The translations under genes were made by a program, and so were the position numbers. A stretch of DNA of 64,000 nucleotides, taken from NCBI RefSeq assembly GCF_009914755.1, contig NC_060939.1; one strand, given 5' to 3'. Below are positions 28,085 to 52,508 of the stretch, one piece after another. Below the pieces are notes generated by a model that saw only the letters and a list, made by a program, of their open reading frames with translations, searched no databases and had not been told where the DNA came from. The first letter of the stretch is position 1. Each line of letters opens with the position of its first letter. Origin of the DNA: the human T2T-CHM13v2.0 reference genome, Homo sapiens.

Positions 28085-28427
28085 CTGTTACAGAAAACAA
28101 TTCATTCAGTTAATTAAAATATTTTCCTAAAACTCTAAGAAAATATGATGCCTCTCAAAATTTCCCAAGTCTGAGTTGTATTTAAAAAAAAAAAAACTCC
28201 AAAAAAATATCCAAATCTTCCCCCAAGGAATGAAGAGTCAATAATAAATGACAAAGCTACGACCTTTAAACAAGTAGTATAAAAAAACAAGGGAAACCCC
28301 ATTAAGGTCCAGGAGAAACTAAAAAGGATAGTACACTGAATTTAAAATTCTCCTGAGAATATTCTAAGGCCTTTGGGGTTAAGAACTATCTATTAATTAT
28401 ATTTCTATTTATTTTTACTCCACTTAA

Positions 28428-28649
<222 letters not shown>

Positions 28650-28899
28650 TAGCCAGGATTGGCTCGATCTCCTGACCTTGTGATCCGCTTGCCTCAGCCT
28701 CCCAAAGTGCTGGGATTACAGGTGTGAGCCACCGCACCCGGCCAAGGCAGCCCACAACTTCTAGTGTCCACACCCTGCTTCATGTTATGCTACACACTCA
28801 AAAGTACTATCAAGGACAACGATCCAAATCCTGGCTCTCCTATGAGGAGATAAGGAAGTTAGGAGAAGGTTAGATGCCATGTCCACAATGTGCTGTCAT

Positions 28900-32540
<3,641 letters not shown>

Positions 32541-33412
32541 GCAGAAACCTGTTACAATCCCATCCTAGCCCATAAAAGTCTGTTTTAACTCAAAATTTGG
32601 TTTCATAACATTAATCTCTCAAATGCCATTTATACATGTTTCAATGATGAACTTGAAACTTATCATGCCAGGAAACTCTATATATTGAAGCTTCCAGATT
32701 GGCAGATATGGAGGTACTGGCAGGGTAGCACAACCAAAGATGACATGGAAATTCTGTTTCCCTTCCCCCATAAAAAAAAGAAACATTAAATCAGAAAAAA
32801 AATATTAACACGAAGCTATTTCATTGGATGCAGCTGCAAGTTGTAAGATTTAAGGTTGTCCTGGCTGGGCATGGTGGCTCACACCTATAAACCTAGCATT
32901 TTGGGAGGCCAAGTAGGATCACTTAAGCCCTGGAATTTAAGACCAGCCTGGGCAACACAGGGAGACCCCATTTCTACAAAAAAATAAAGATTAAAAAAAC
33001 TAGCCAGGTGAGGTGTTACATAAGTGTAGTCCCAGCTACTCAGGAGGCTGAGGTGGGAGGATCACTTGACCCTGGGAAGTTAAGGCTGCAGCGAGCCGTG
33101 ATCACACCATACCATTGCAATCCAGCCTGGATAACAGAGCATGACTTTGTCTTAAAAAAAAAAGGATAGCCCTATGTTTCTTTTGCATTTGCCTGTTCTT
33201 GAGCTTTATCCTTTATGATAACTGGAATTGAAGCTGAGAGTTGTAGAGGCTACCTGGTGACCATGAGGATAACAGATGATCACTGACATGGCAGAGCAGG
33301 GGCAAAAGGCACCTGGTTCCTGCTGGTGTCTTTCAGCCATTGCACTGTTCTTCAGCTGCCTACCTCTTTACTTTTTGTAAGAAAAAATTTAACCCCTTAC
33401 TGTATGAACTCA

Positions 33413-33763
<351 letters not shown>

Positions 33764-34070
33764 TCATTCTCAGAAAAAAAAAAAAAGGCCGGGAGCGGTG
33801 GCTCATGCCTATAATCCCAGCACTTTGGGGGACCGAGGTGGGTGGATCACCTGAGGTCCGGAGTTTGAGACCAGCCTGGCCAACAGGCTGTGTTTTTGTA
33901 TTTTTTGTACTAAAAATACAAAAATTAGATAGGCATGGTGGTGTGTGCCCGTAATTCCAGCCACTCGGGAGGCTGAGGCAGGAGAATCACTTGAACTTGG
34001 GAGGCGGAGGTTGCGGTGAGCTATCACGCCACTGCACTCCAGCCTGGGGGATGGAGCAAGACAACATCTC

Positions 34071-34102
<32 letters not shown>

Positions 34103-34250
34103 AAACCTTTTTATATTGAAAATTCCTGCTATCATATCAAAAGCAGGGACACACCAGGCTCGGCATGGTGGCTCACACCTGTAATCGCAGAACTTTGGGA
34201 GGCCAAGGCAGGCGGATCACGAGGTCAGGAGATCGAGACCATCCTGGCTA

Positions 34251-34521
<271 letters not shown>

Positions 34522-34628
34522 TTACCTAAAATAGGAATAATGCCACCCTCCCAATCACTAATGGAGCCCACTGAAAGTCAATCACTAATCTCTTAAAAGG
34601 CAGAACATTATAAGAAATAGAACAAGAC

Positions 34629-34761
34629 CTTTCTTCAGGACAACAATCTTATTAGGGTCAACATGCTGAAGCACACCCTCGAAGACACCACAGACCAATG
34701 TGAGTTTCACCCTCTTCCACAAAATCTGGCTGAGGAAATGGTAGTCACTGCTGGGGTCCAT
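34629..34761 (-). CDS. EXD1: EXD1 exon 2 coding part, start of long isoform (MDPSSDYHFLSQILWKRVKLTLVCGVFEGVLQHVDPNKIVVLKK), LSm/Sm-like fold; exon acceptor at 34814
   Basis: ATG at 34761 in AGCATGG context; Sm1-like pattern (V.l.l..g.feG.l..vD); donor AAAG|gtcttg; acceptor tttcaag|TGTTTG gives a 186-nt exon. Confidence 0.9.
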
Positions 34762-36125
34762 GCTAATTGATTCCAAAAGCCGTCTTCAAATAATCTTCTT
34801 TAAGCATCCAAACACTTGAAAATTAATAAAGAGATCTATGAATTTTAAAAGATTTTTTGGGAGTAAAGTTATTTTCCCTTTCCCCATATCTGTAATGGAC
34901 AAGAATAAAATCTGAATAATTCAGTTTTGTTCATCTTTTTGGAATGATGAGAAAAGGATCATTGCAAGCACCAACTCTCATACATAGGAAACTGAAAACT
35001 ATAAGAAATTGGGCAAGTTAGGCTTGGCTTCTTTGTTTATAAAATGGGCATGATATCATCTTTCCTTCCTTAGCTAAATGGAAGAAGCAGAACATTTAGA
35101 GGCTTTTTAATGGCACATTTATACATCATTATAACAAAAAAATGAAAAGAGCAAATGAAAAAAATTGACATACATAGAAATATTTGCCAATACATGTTGC
35201 AATAAATTGTTTAGGGCAGCATAACTACCTGAGCTGCTATTTTTTATAACTCTGGTTGAGAATTTAAGGGCATGGTAATTTTTGCTAAAACTGAAGCTGA
35301 TAATTTTAAGTAAAGCAACTAAATTTACCCTTTACTTAGGAATTAAAGGAAATCAAGGCAAGTAGGACAATAGTGGTACATTGGGAAAAGAACTTTTCTT
35401 TCAACTTGTGTTTAATGAATTGAATTTTAGAGACAGTTTCCCATAACTTGGGTCTATGCTATCCTATTAATTTTTATGTCTAGGTACTTGAAATGTTCCA
35501 TTTCTGTGTATTTTTTTATTTTCTGTCCTATGACAGTTCTACGCTAAAGGTATTTTAAAATAAAAGCCAAATTGGCCGGGCGCAGTGGCTCATGCCTGTA
35601 ATCCCACCACTTTGGGAGGCCGAGGTGGGCAGATAATCTGAGGTCGGGAGTTCCAGACCAGCCTGACCAACATGGAGAAACCCTGTCTTTACTAAAAATA
35701 CAAAATTAGCCGGGTGTGGTGGCGTATGCCTGTAATCCCAGCTATTCAGGAAGGCTGAGGCAGGAGAATCACTTGAACCCGGGAGGCAGAGGTTGCAGTG
35801 AGCCGAGATTTAGAGATCGCGCCACTGTACTCCAGCCTGTGCGACAGAGCAACACTGTCTCAAAAAAAAAAAAAAAAAGAATTACAACCATATAGAAATG
35901 TACAAAGTAAAGAAAAAATGTACTAAGAAATATTATTCATAGTGGGTACTCACCACTGGGTGCAGTGGCTTATGCCAGTAATCCTAGCACTTTAGGAGGC
36001 CAAGACAGGCAGATCACCTGAGGTCAGGAGTTCGAGACCAGCCTGACCAACATGGTGAAACCCCGTCTCTACTAAAAACACAAAAATTAGCCAGCTGTAG
36101 TGACGCACACCTGTAATCCTAGCTA

Positions 36126-36326
<201 letters not shown>

Positions 36327-36549
36327 TTATTTAGATGTCCTTGTATTTAGAAACTTAGATAAGTATTCTTCTATAGTTTTTTAAATTTAAAAGCTGTATA
36401 CTTTTGCCACACTAGGAAAATTCAACCAGTGAATTTTGCAATTTAACCATAAAAACATTGATGAAATAACTAGAGCCTAAGTCAACTAGGAAGAAGGTGA
36501 GATGTTACATACAATTTTCGGTCAAATAAATAACCTATATTTTTACATT

Positions 36550-36700
36550 TTAAGGTCTATCAAGTGCTTATACAAATATTACTTGATATAACAACCATAA
36601 CCTAATTTACAAATGAAGAAACTGAAGTTTAGAAGGTTAAGACACCTGCCCAAAGTCACACAGCTAGAAGGTAATGCAATCTGAACTAAGACCAGGCCTC
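36550..36700 (+). mobile_element. MIR SINE
   Basis: TTTACAAATGAAGAAACTGAAGTTTAGAAGGTTAAGACACCTGCCCAAAGTCACACAGCTAG core. Confidence 0.8.
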
Positions 36701-37793
36701 TAGGGTAGGATGTTTGTAGTTTAGTGCAAGACCAAGTCTTATGCATCCAAACAGAACATAAAACAAGTCATCAGAGAGTCTAAGAAAAACCATTCTTTAA
36801 GTTAATCCAACAGGCAAAAGGAGAATTTTTAAAGAAAAATACATAAAACTGGAAAAAGAAAACAGCCCTTAATAGAGGCAAACATTATTTTTATTTTATT
36901 TTTGAGATGGAGTCTCACTCTGTCGCCAGGCTGGAGTGCAGTACCGCTATCTTGGCTCACTGCAACCTCTGCCTCCCGGGTTCAAGCAATTTATACTTTT
37001 AAAAGGTACCCAAGAAAGGAAAGTTTGTGAAACACCTGGAAAATAAGAGAATTAGAGAAACATTAAAGAAAAAAAAATTAAAGTCAGAAAAAAATACTAA
37101 CATGAAGCAAAGAAAGCTTTGACTGGAGACAGCTGCAAACACTAAGATTCAAGATTAGGAAGGAAAAAAGTAAGGTCAGCATCAAGAGATGGGCTTCAAG
37201 GCTGACTGAGAAAAGGGACATTCATGGGGCTGACAAAATTTTCCTATCACAGCCATATTCCAACATACAAAGCAGCTCCAGTGATTTAGCTCTTAGACGG
37301 GCATATCCAAAATGTTACTGAGTACAAAGGACAACATCACTAGGTTAGACAAGTGCACGACAATCATAAAAATAACTCTAAGGCCGGGCACGGGGACTCA
37401 CGCCTGTAATCCCAACACTTTGGGAGGCCGAGGCGGGTGGATCACCTGAGTTCTGGAGTTTGAGACCCGCCTAGACAATATGGTGAAACCCTGTCTCTAC
37501 TAAAAATACAAAAATTAGCTGGGCGTGGTGGCACGCGCCTGTAATCCCAGCTACTCAGGAGGCTGAGGCATGATAATCCCTTGAACCCGCCTGGAGGTTG
37601 CAGTGAGCCGAAAATGCACAGTGATCAGGCCATTGCACTCCAGCCCGGACTCTGTCGCAAAAAAACAAAACAAGCCAGGTGCGGTGGCTCACGCCTGTAA
37701 TCACAGCACTTTGGGAGGCTGAAGCGGGCAGATCACCTGAGATACGGAGTTCGAGACCAGCCTGACCAACATGGAGAAGCCCTGTCTCTACTA

Positions 37794-37952
<159 letters not shown>

Positions 37953-38219
37953 TCAAACAACAACAACAACAACAAACAAACAAAACTCTAGTTCTTCAAA
38001 CTAGAACCTCAGCTTGCAGGGAACGTGTGGGGCCTCAGGCTAAGCTGTAAAGCCTTAGGTAACACTTAAAACTAGTAACTTAAGTTGACCTGGGAAAGCC
38101 TGCTACGACAAAAATATCCTGGTACTTGGGTACTAACAGCAGTCAGAATTCGGTTCTTCCTTATCTTATACGTGTTCTAACCAAACAGGTGTGAAGGGGT
38201 AAGGCAGGTGAAGCAGTAA

Positions 38220-38599
<380 letters not shown>

Positions 38600-38664
38600 T
38601 GAGAATAAAATGCAAAATTTCTCATTTTTAAGACAAAATAAGGAACTTCAAATAAATGGCGGAC

Positions 38665-38692
38665 CATAAGCTAGGAATTCACTGTCCTCCAT
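38665..38692 (-). CDS. EXD1: EXD1 exon 1 coding part, start of short isoform (MEDSEFLAY)
   Basis: ACGATGG strong Kozak; donor TATG|gtccgc (phase 1) joins in frame to exon 25340 to give MEDSEFLAYVELLDEVEQG, the recalled N-terminus of short EXD1. Confidence 0.88.
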
Positions 38693-38799
38693 CGTTAGGG
38701 CTTTTTCCTCCGAAGGAAGTTTGGGAAATCTGGATCCTAATTTCAGCCAAGTGGTGCGTTCCTCGAACTTCAGTCTAGAACTAAAAGAAGAGGGGCTGC

Positions 38800-39900
38800 A
38801 ATGAAGGAAGAAGTCTCGGGACGCTCCACGCCACCCGGCGGCGGTTATCAAATCACAGGCTGAAAACCTGGAGAAAGGTCCGCGACGCCGGGGACACACG
38901 CCGCAGAGGCGACGCCCGCCCGGCCCAACGTCCAGTCTCGTCTGTTTCCCGAGGAGCCAATCAGCACGCGGCCCCGAGGCCGGCTCCCCAGCGCCCCCTG
39001 CGGCCGGGAGGAGGACGGCAGCCAGGAAAGATGAAGAGCGCGTGCAGTCCCCGAAGGGTACACCCTAGGGTTCCCCCCCACGCGAAGTTTCTCTCCGCAA
39101 TCCGTGCCACCTATCGAGTAGGATTCCTAGTGTTCGATTCCTGTGAGAAAAGGTAGACTACGCTGCCTGTCGCAGGTTAGTTTGTTGTAAAACTGTTGGT
39201 CAATGACGTTGCCCTTTTAATTGCGTCGTTAGCGACCGAGTGGCATCGCCCCTTTAAGGCCGGTGGCAGCTGCGGTTCCGGGGGCGGGGTCCGTCTTCAG
39301 CAGGACTTGGGCTGGAGCTGGGCTGATTCATTCGGGGCTGGAACTCGAACGCTGACGTTGGCTCCTGAGCCGGGCGCTGCCTCGCGCCTGATTGGCGGGT
39401 CCTCGGGGCCGCCCTCCCCAGCGCACCACCCCTGGGTTCCCTCCCGGGTCCGCAGTGGAAACACTGCCCTCTCCCTTCTTGACCCCTAGCCCTTCCTTCC
39501 CTCCCTCCTTCCCTCCTGTCGCCGTCTCTTCTGGCGCCGCTGCTCCCGGAGGAGCTCCCGGCACGGCGATGGGTTCTCGGGCCTCCACGTTACTGCGGGA
39601 CGAAGAGCTCGAGGAGATCAAGAAGGAGACCGGCTGTGAGTTCGGGTTGGGGGTGGGAACGCCGGGCGCCTCAGGCTGGCCTCACAACCAAGGGCGGCTG
39701 TCGCTAAGGTCTGGAGCTCGGGTGCCTGTGAGGTTGGGGGGTCCTGGGCAGCCTCCAGGTTTGGGGACCGAGAGCTGGAAGACCTGTTCTTCCAGCTGCA
39801 GCTTCCTGGAGCGGGGCTCTAGCTACTGTGGGGCTGTCCTTCCCTTCAAAATCGGGACTCTTGATCACTCGTAGAGCGTCGACGCCCCCCTTTTCTGCAC
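38800..39900. promoter_or_regulatory. CpG island / bidirectional promoter shared by EXD1 (-) and CHP1 (+)
   Basis: Abrupt GC/CpG-rich, repeat-free segment between divergent first exons. CCAAT at 38957-38961, inverted CCAAT (ATTGG) at 39391-39395, GC box GGGGCGGGG at 39281-39289, TGACG half-CREs at 39204 and 39353. No TATA box; Inr-like CGCAGT around 39454. Confidence 0.92.
39569..39635 (+). CDS. CHP1: CHP1 exon 1 coding part (MGSRASTLLRDEELEEIKKETG(F)); N-myristoylation motif MGxxxS
   Basis: GCGATGG Kozak; donor GGCT|gtgagt, phase 1; matches the recalled calcineurin B homologous protein 1 N-terminus. Confidence 0.97.
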
Positions 39901-40394
39901 CCTGCCCATCAAAGTCCCCGAACTCCTTTCCTTTCTGTTGCCTCGCACCACCCTTCCCTATGAAGAGGCATCCTGAACAGTAGGTAAAGCCCGAGAAGCA
40001 AATTCAGGAACTCGAGATGGATTCTGTAGAAAATCCGTTTCTGGGTAAGGACCTAAAACCTCTGACAACTATGGGAAATTACAAACAAGTTCTTGTCACA
40101 AATTGGGAAAACCACCCAGAAAGCAAGACCGTGTAGTAAGGCTTTGGGAGACATGACCCGATGCCTGGAGACCTTTAAACAATCAGGGGTCTGGGATTGT
40201 GAGACTTCTTTCAATCTGAACTTCTAGAGAAAAAACACGGATACTGTGACCACCAGTTTTTTACTTACACGACGATACTTGCTGTCCTAATCTCATATAT
40301 GTATTGATTTCTACTATGCTGGTGTACTTTTTTATTCGCTATTGAAATTGGATGTGCTCCAAAAATCTCCGTGTGAATTTGTACTAGGAACTGA

Positions 40395-40700
<306 letters not shown>

Positions 40701-42829
40701 TGATTTTTTTTTTTATAGTCCAGTCTCTTCCTCATTAGTCTGAACAAAGGAGCAAAAGGACTCGGGATTCTGAAGCGCTGTAAAATACCATCATAACTTT
40801 GAATAGTCCTTGATAATGCAATGTATGATACAATTGTATTGATGCATACAATATTTTATCTTTTCAGTAAACCTTTATGATTCTTATTGAGTTAATGAAG
40901 GATGTAGCACCTGAGCTCTGTCTCTTCATCATACTTGTCTTTGATAATGACATGACCAGTAACTCACTCCGGCCCATATGCAGATAGTACTGAGGAGTGC
41001 TATGGGGAACTACAGAATTTTTCAGGCCTGTTTAAGTGCTGTTCTCTGCTTTGTGACAAGTTCAACTTTCTGGAGTTTTCAAGTTGGAAGGGATGTTTTC
41101 TAGCCCCACCCCTTTCTGGACTGGTTTGCTTCTTTCAGCCTCCCCTAAAATATGGCCCTTAAGCCTCTCTGTAAAGACATTTAATGATGGTAACCTCTCC
41201 ACCTACCAAGGCAGTCCTTTTCACGATTTGAATGACCCAAAGTAGTTAGCTCTTTATAATTTGCAGTACTTGTTTGGCCACTGACTTACTCTGACCCTCG
41301 GAGTGGAGACGCAAGCAGTTTGGATTCAACAAGCATTTTATTACGTTTTGTGGCCATAACTTCTGGCCACATTTGTAATTAGTACTACTTTAGGTCTAGG
41401 GTGACACCGAATTAAAGTATTTGTGTTAAAGAGTCACATGGAGAAATAAGCAGAATCAAAGAGAAATAAATATAGAGTCACATAATGAGAAAGTGTAAAC
41501 CATAGTGAAGATGCAAAAAGCCATTTTTGCTTCAGAATGAAGGGAGCAGTAATCCCATTCTGGTTTATATACATTTGACCAAATGGAAATGACCTGGATG
41601 GGATATTTTTACCATGTGGCTTGTGGACAAACAACTAAGTGCTCATGGAAAAGCTGTTTTCCCCATTGCCAAAGAGTGAGTCACTTGTGAGGGAGATTCT
41701 CTCCACAACCAGTGCAAATGTATGTATTGAGCCAGAATGCTTAGTGAAACAAGTGCTTACTGAATTTTTACAGTGTCTGTTCAGTACTGTGCTAGGTACT
41801 CAGAGCAGATGGTGACAAAAAACGCCCCCAACCTGGTTGGGGAGATAAGCCCAAGAGAGTTATGATTAGCATCATGACATAAGAAAGCTGAGAATTGTGT
41901 GTCATCCACCTTCAGAAATCAGGCAAGAGAGAGAGTCCTTGTGGGCTGTCCTCATGGAGGACAGGAATTGGGCCTTGATACATGGGTGGAGTAGATTTGG
42001 ATAGATTAACCTAGGGCATTTTGGGTGACTTCCAGGAGAGATCTCCCCCTAAGCCTGCTACAAAGTCATTCCTTTGCCCTGGGAACCATCAGTTTATCCA
42101 AATAGTGTCCATCATCAGAGTTGTTTTTTCTTTTTCTTTTTCTTTATTTTAGAGACAGGGTCTTTGCTCTGTCTCCCAGGCCGGACTGCAGTGGCTTGAG
42201 CATAGCTCACTGCAAGCCTTAAACTCCTGGGCTTAAGCCATCCTCCCGCTTCAGCGTCCCAAGTAGCTAGGACTACAGGCGCATACCACCATGCTTACCT
42301 GATTTTTATTTTTATCTTTTGTAGAGATGGAGTCTTGTTATTTTGTCGAGGCTGGTCATAAACTCCTGGCCTCAAGTGATTCTTAGGCCACTTCAACCTC
42401 CCAAAGCACGGGGATTACAGGTGTGAGCCACTGCGCCAAGCCCAGAGTTGTTTTTTCAAGGAGTAATTTGGTATGATGCAAAAGATTTTGAAGAATAAAA
42501 ACGGATATCTGGAGTGGGTAGAGAGGTGGAATTTGTCCCATTTTCATCTGCCTTTTCTTCTATGAAGAATTTGGAAAACTATCTATCAGAAGCACTTTAA
42601 GAACAATTATAAGACATTTTACTACTTCCTTTGCCAGTACAAAATGTAACATAATTGAGGAATACTAAATTTATATTCAGTGCAAAAGCTGTGCATTGGA
42701 ATTTGATGATTATATTTAACCATATTTTTTGCAAATTTAAAAAGATTAGAATTTCTACATGACTAGATTAGCTGGTATTTGATATTTAATGAATAACAGT
42801 AAGTGTTTGGAAAAGTAATTCTGGATAAG

Positions 42830-42980
42830 AATTACCTGTGATCCTCAGTTTCATCATCTGTAAAATTAGAATAATAATAGTGCCTACTTTATAGGATTCT
42901 TACGACAATTACATGAGATGAATTATGCAAACTACTTAGAATAGTGTCTGGTATAATAAACTTCATGTGAGTGTTATTAT
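42830..42980 (-). mobile_element. MIR SINE
   Basis: CCTCAGTTTCATCATCTGTAAAATTAGAATAATAATAGTGCCTAC...CTTAGAATAGTGTCTGG. Confidence 0.8.
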
Positions 42981-43422
42981 TTTGAACCATAGTTAACAAT
43001 CGTCTTATTGGGAAAATACCATTTGCATGTACTAGTTATAAAAACTATGTGTAGGGCTATATCATTGGGGAGGTGACAGCATTTTATACTTCTTTTTGTA
43101 GTGGACAGTTGATTAGGAATTAAGTACAGATGTTTTGCCAATTATAAGGAAATAAAATTTTTAAAGGAGTTTTTAACAGTTTATGAAACTGTTATGATGT
43201 TTTAACAGGAATTGTCTAAGAAATGCTTTCTATTGGCATATTTGCTAAATTATCTTTGTTCTACTACCTTCTTTCAGACTTCTGCATTTTCATAAAGCTT
43301 ATTTGAAAAAAAGGTGTAATCGGGGATAAAGCCACAAATGTCTTAGGAGTTTCTGTAATCATCACCCTTAATTCACTTAATTGTAGCAATAAGCTGGCTG
43401 TGAATTACTTAAAACTTTATGA

Positions 43423-49340
<5,918 letters not shown>

Positions 49341-50548
49341 ATTTAGTAATTCTTTAACTGACTTATTTTTGTTAAACTAAAGGGAACTTTAGTACAAGAA
49401 TAGCCTTTGAGGCCTGAGGCCAGAACTGGGATAGACTGGTCAAGTTCTTAAAGAAAACGGTTGTAACTGGCAAAGTCAGGAGGGAAATGGAGAGTAATTA
49501 GTGCAGCAGTAATACTTGTGCCTTCAGGCTCAGGATGTAAGCATGATGCTGATAATAGCTAATCTGGAGTGCTTGCCATGTGCCTGGCACTTTGCCAAGC
49601 ATTTTCCTTTCATTGACTGGTGAGTTCGCTCTACAATCCCATTCACTTACCTCTCTCTGGTAAGCCATGGTGCTAGCAATGGAATCAGAATCTGTCTGCC
49701 TAACCCTCACAAGTGTGTACACTTTACAGTGAGCCATTTATACCTGTCCGGCTGGCAAAACAGTCCACAACTGTCTCCTTAGTGGCTGGATCCCTGCTGG
49801 CTCTGCCCCGATGGAAATGCTTTTGCCTTCTCTGCTCAGTGATCACTTTAGAGCACTAGGACAGAACAGAGCCCAGCTTCGAGGGTGAAACCTGATGCTG
49901 AAGAATTCACAGCCACACATAGTGTGTCCTCTTATCCCAGCTCTGGGCCACTCACTACCTGCTTGTCCCTGTTCACTTTGTCCCATTGTTCCCAACACTA
50001 CAAGTACATTTTTGTTTCATGAGCTGAGGGAGGAGGACACCTTATCTGAATGACTTTGGCCACCCCTTTAAACCTCTGAAGGTACAGCCTCGGACAAAGT
50101 CCACACTTGTCACACCCTTTTTGGCTGTTGTCTTTTCTCCTCTGTTTGTTTCCCCTCTCTTACTTCCAATCTATCAGGAGACTAAACTATTTCCCAGAAA
50201 GGCCTTTTTGAGTTTTTAGTATTATTATGTACCTGCCATTATTGCCTCATTTTAATTGTCAACTTGTATCTTGAGTTTATGGACTAAATCCAAAATGAGG
50301 AGCAAAATAGCTTTCTGGTAGATGTCATCTGATGATAGCATGACCATTTTACGAATTTGCCTAATTTGCTTCCTTGGAGCCAGTTCCCTTCCTGGGAACT
50401 CAGTGAAGCTCATGCCATCACAGAAAAGAGGTTGATCTTTATGTTTTCCAAGGGAAAAGATAAAGCCTTTAATGCTTGGTGTAGGAGTAAACCAGAGTTT
50501 TAAAATAGAATCTGTTTGATGTACCCCAATCAAATATTGTACACCCAA

Positions 50549-50603
50549 CACCTACCTAGCCGTACACATCACCTACCTAGCCGTACACCTACCTAGCAGT
50601 ACA
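50549..50603. repeat. Three-copy tandem repeat (CA)CCTACCTAGC(C/A)GTACA
   Basis: Copies start at 50549, 50570 and 50588. Confidence 0.9.
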
Positions 50604-50659
50604 GCCTGAAACAGCAAACTGATCATGGATATTTTTTCAATCAAAACATGCATTTTTTA

Positions 50660-51332
<673 letters not shown>

Positions 51333-51531
51333 CTAGCCAACATGGCGAAACCCCGTCTCTACTAAAAATACAAAAAATTAGCTGGGTGTGGTGGCGGAAG
51401 CCTGTAATCCCAGCTACTCGGGAGGCTGAGGCAGGAGAGTTGCTTGAACCCGGGAGGCAGAGGTGGCAGTGAGTGAGATCGTGCCACTGCACTCCAGCCT
51501 GGGTGACAAGAGCAAAACTTTGTCTCAGTAA

Positions 51532-51570
51532 AATAGGATGGGATAGGATAGGACAGGACAGGACAGGACA
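51532..51570 (+). repeat. (ATAGG)n(ACAGG)n pentanucleotide microsatellite replacing an Alu A-tail
   Basis: aataggatgggataggataggacaggacaggacaggaca directly after the Alu 3' end. Confidence 0.85.
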
Positions 51571-51852
51571 AAATTTGCCTTTGTTTTGTTAAATCTTAAC
51601 CATCTAATATTCATCACAGTCTTAATTAAGCCTAGACTTCATTCCTGGGATTGAATTTTGATTGCCCTTGATTTAGTTTATTCTCTAACTCCTTTCATTC
51701 TTTAGCTTTTAAACTTTCTGCTTTAACATTCTAGAGATAAGAGTTTCGACATCCCAGTCCTACTGAATTTTGAAGCATTTGACAGCGAGGGGTGGGTTCA
51801 GTGTGAATGAGGGCTACTTCCCCCGAGCTGGGACTAATTTTGTGCTCTTTAG

Positions 51853-51925
51853 TTTCCCACAGTCAAATCACTCGCCTCTACAGCCGGTTCACCAGCCTGG
51901 ACAAAGGAGAGAATGGGACTCTCAG
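51853..51925 (+). CDS. CHP1: CHP1 exon 2 ((F)SHSQITRLYSRFTSLDKGENGTL(S)), EF-hand 1
   Basis: ctctttag|TTTCCCAC...CTCAG|gtaggc; 73 nt, phase 1/2; in frame with exon 1. Confidence 0.97.
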
Positions 51926-52242
51926 GTAGGCAGTGTTTTTCTTTATTTTCCTCACAGAAACCAGAAACCCTCTGGCAGTGTCTGAATAGCTGCCTTTATC
52001 CCTAGGGTAGACATGATAGACATCCAGCATGCAGATAGCAAGGACCATTTCTCTACTGGTCTTTGAGCATCATTGATCCACAAGAGAATTAAATCAGCAG
52101 AACAGGCTGGGCGCGGTGGCTCACGCCTTAATCCCAGCACTTTGGGAGGTCAAGGCGGGCGGATCATGAGGCCAGGAGGTCCAGACCAGCCTGACCAACA
52201 TGGTGAAACCCCGTCTCTACTAAAAATACAAAAATTAGCTCA

Positions 52243-52508
<266 letters not shown>

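Noticed and set aside
39392-39874. 160-aa ORF suggesting an N-terminally extended CHP1
   Set aside because: It starts at a TTG inside the inverted CCAAT box, upstream of the likely Inr (~39454). GC-rich islands are often stop-free, an extension would abolish Gly2 myristoylation, and the 3' part is intron read-through.
40940-40995. Possible C/D-box snoRNA (TGATAATGA...CTGA) in CHP1 intron 1
   Set aside because: Box C is non-consensus, there is no terminal stem, and no recognisable rRNA guide.
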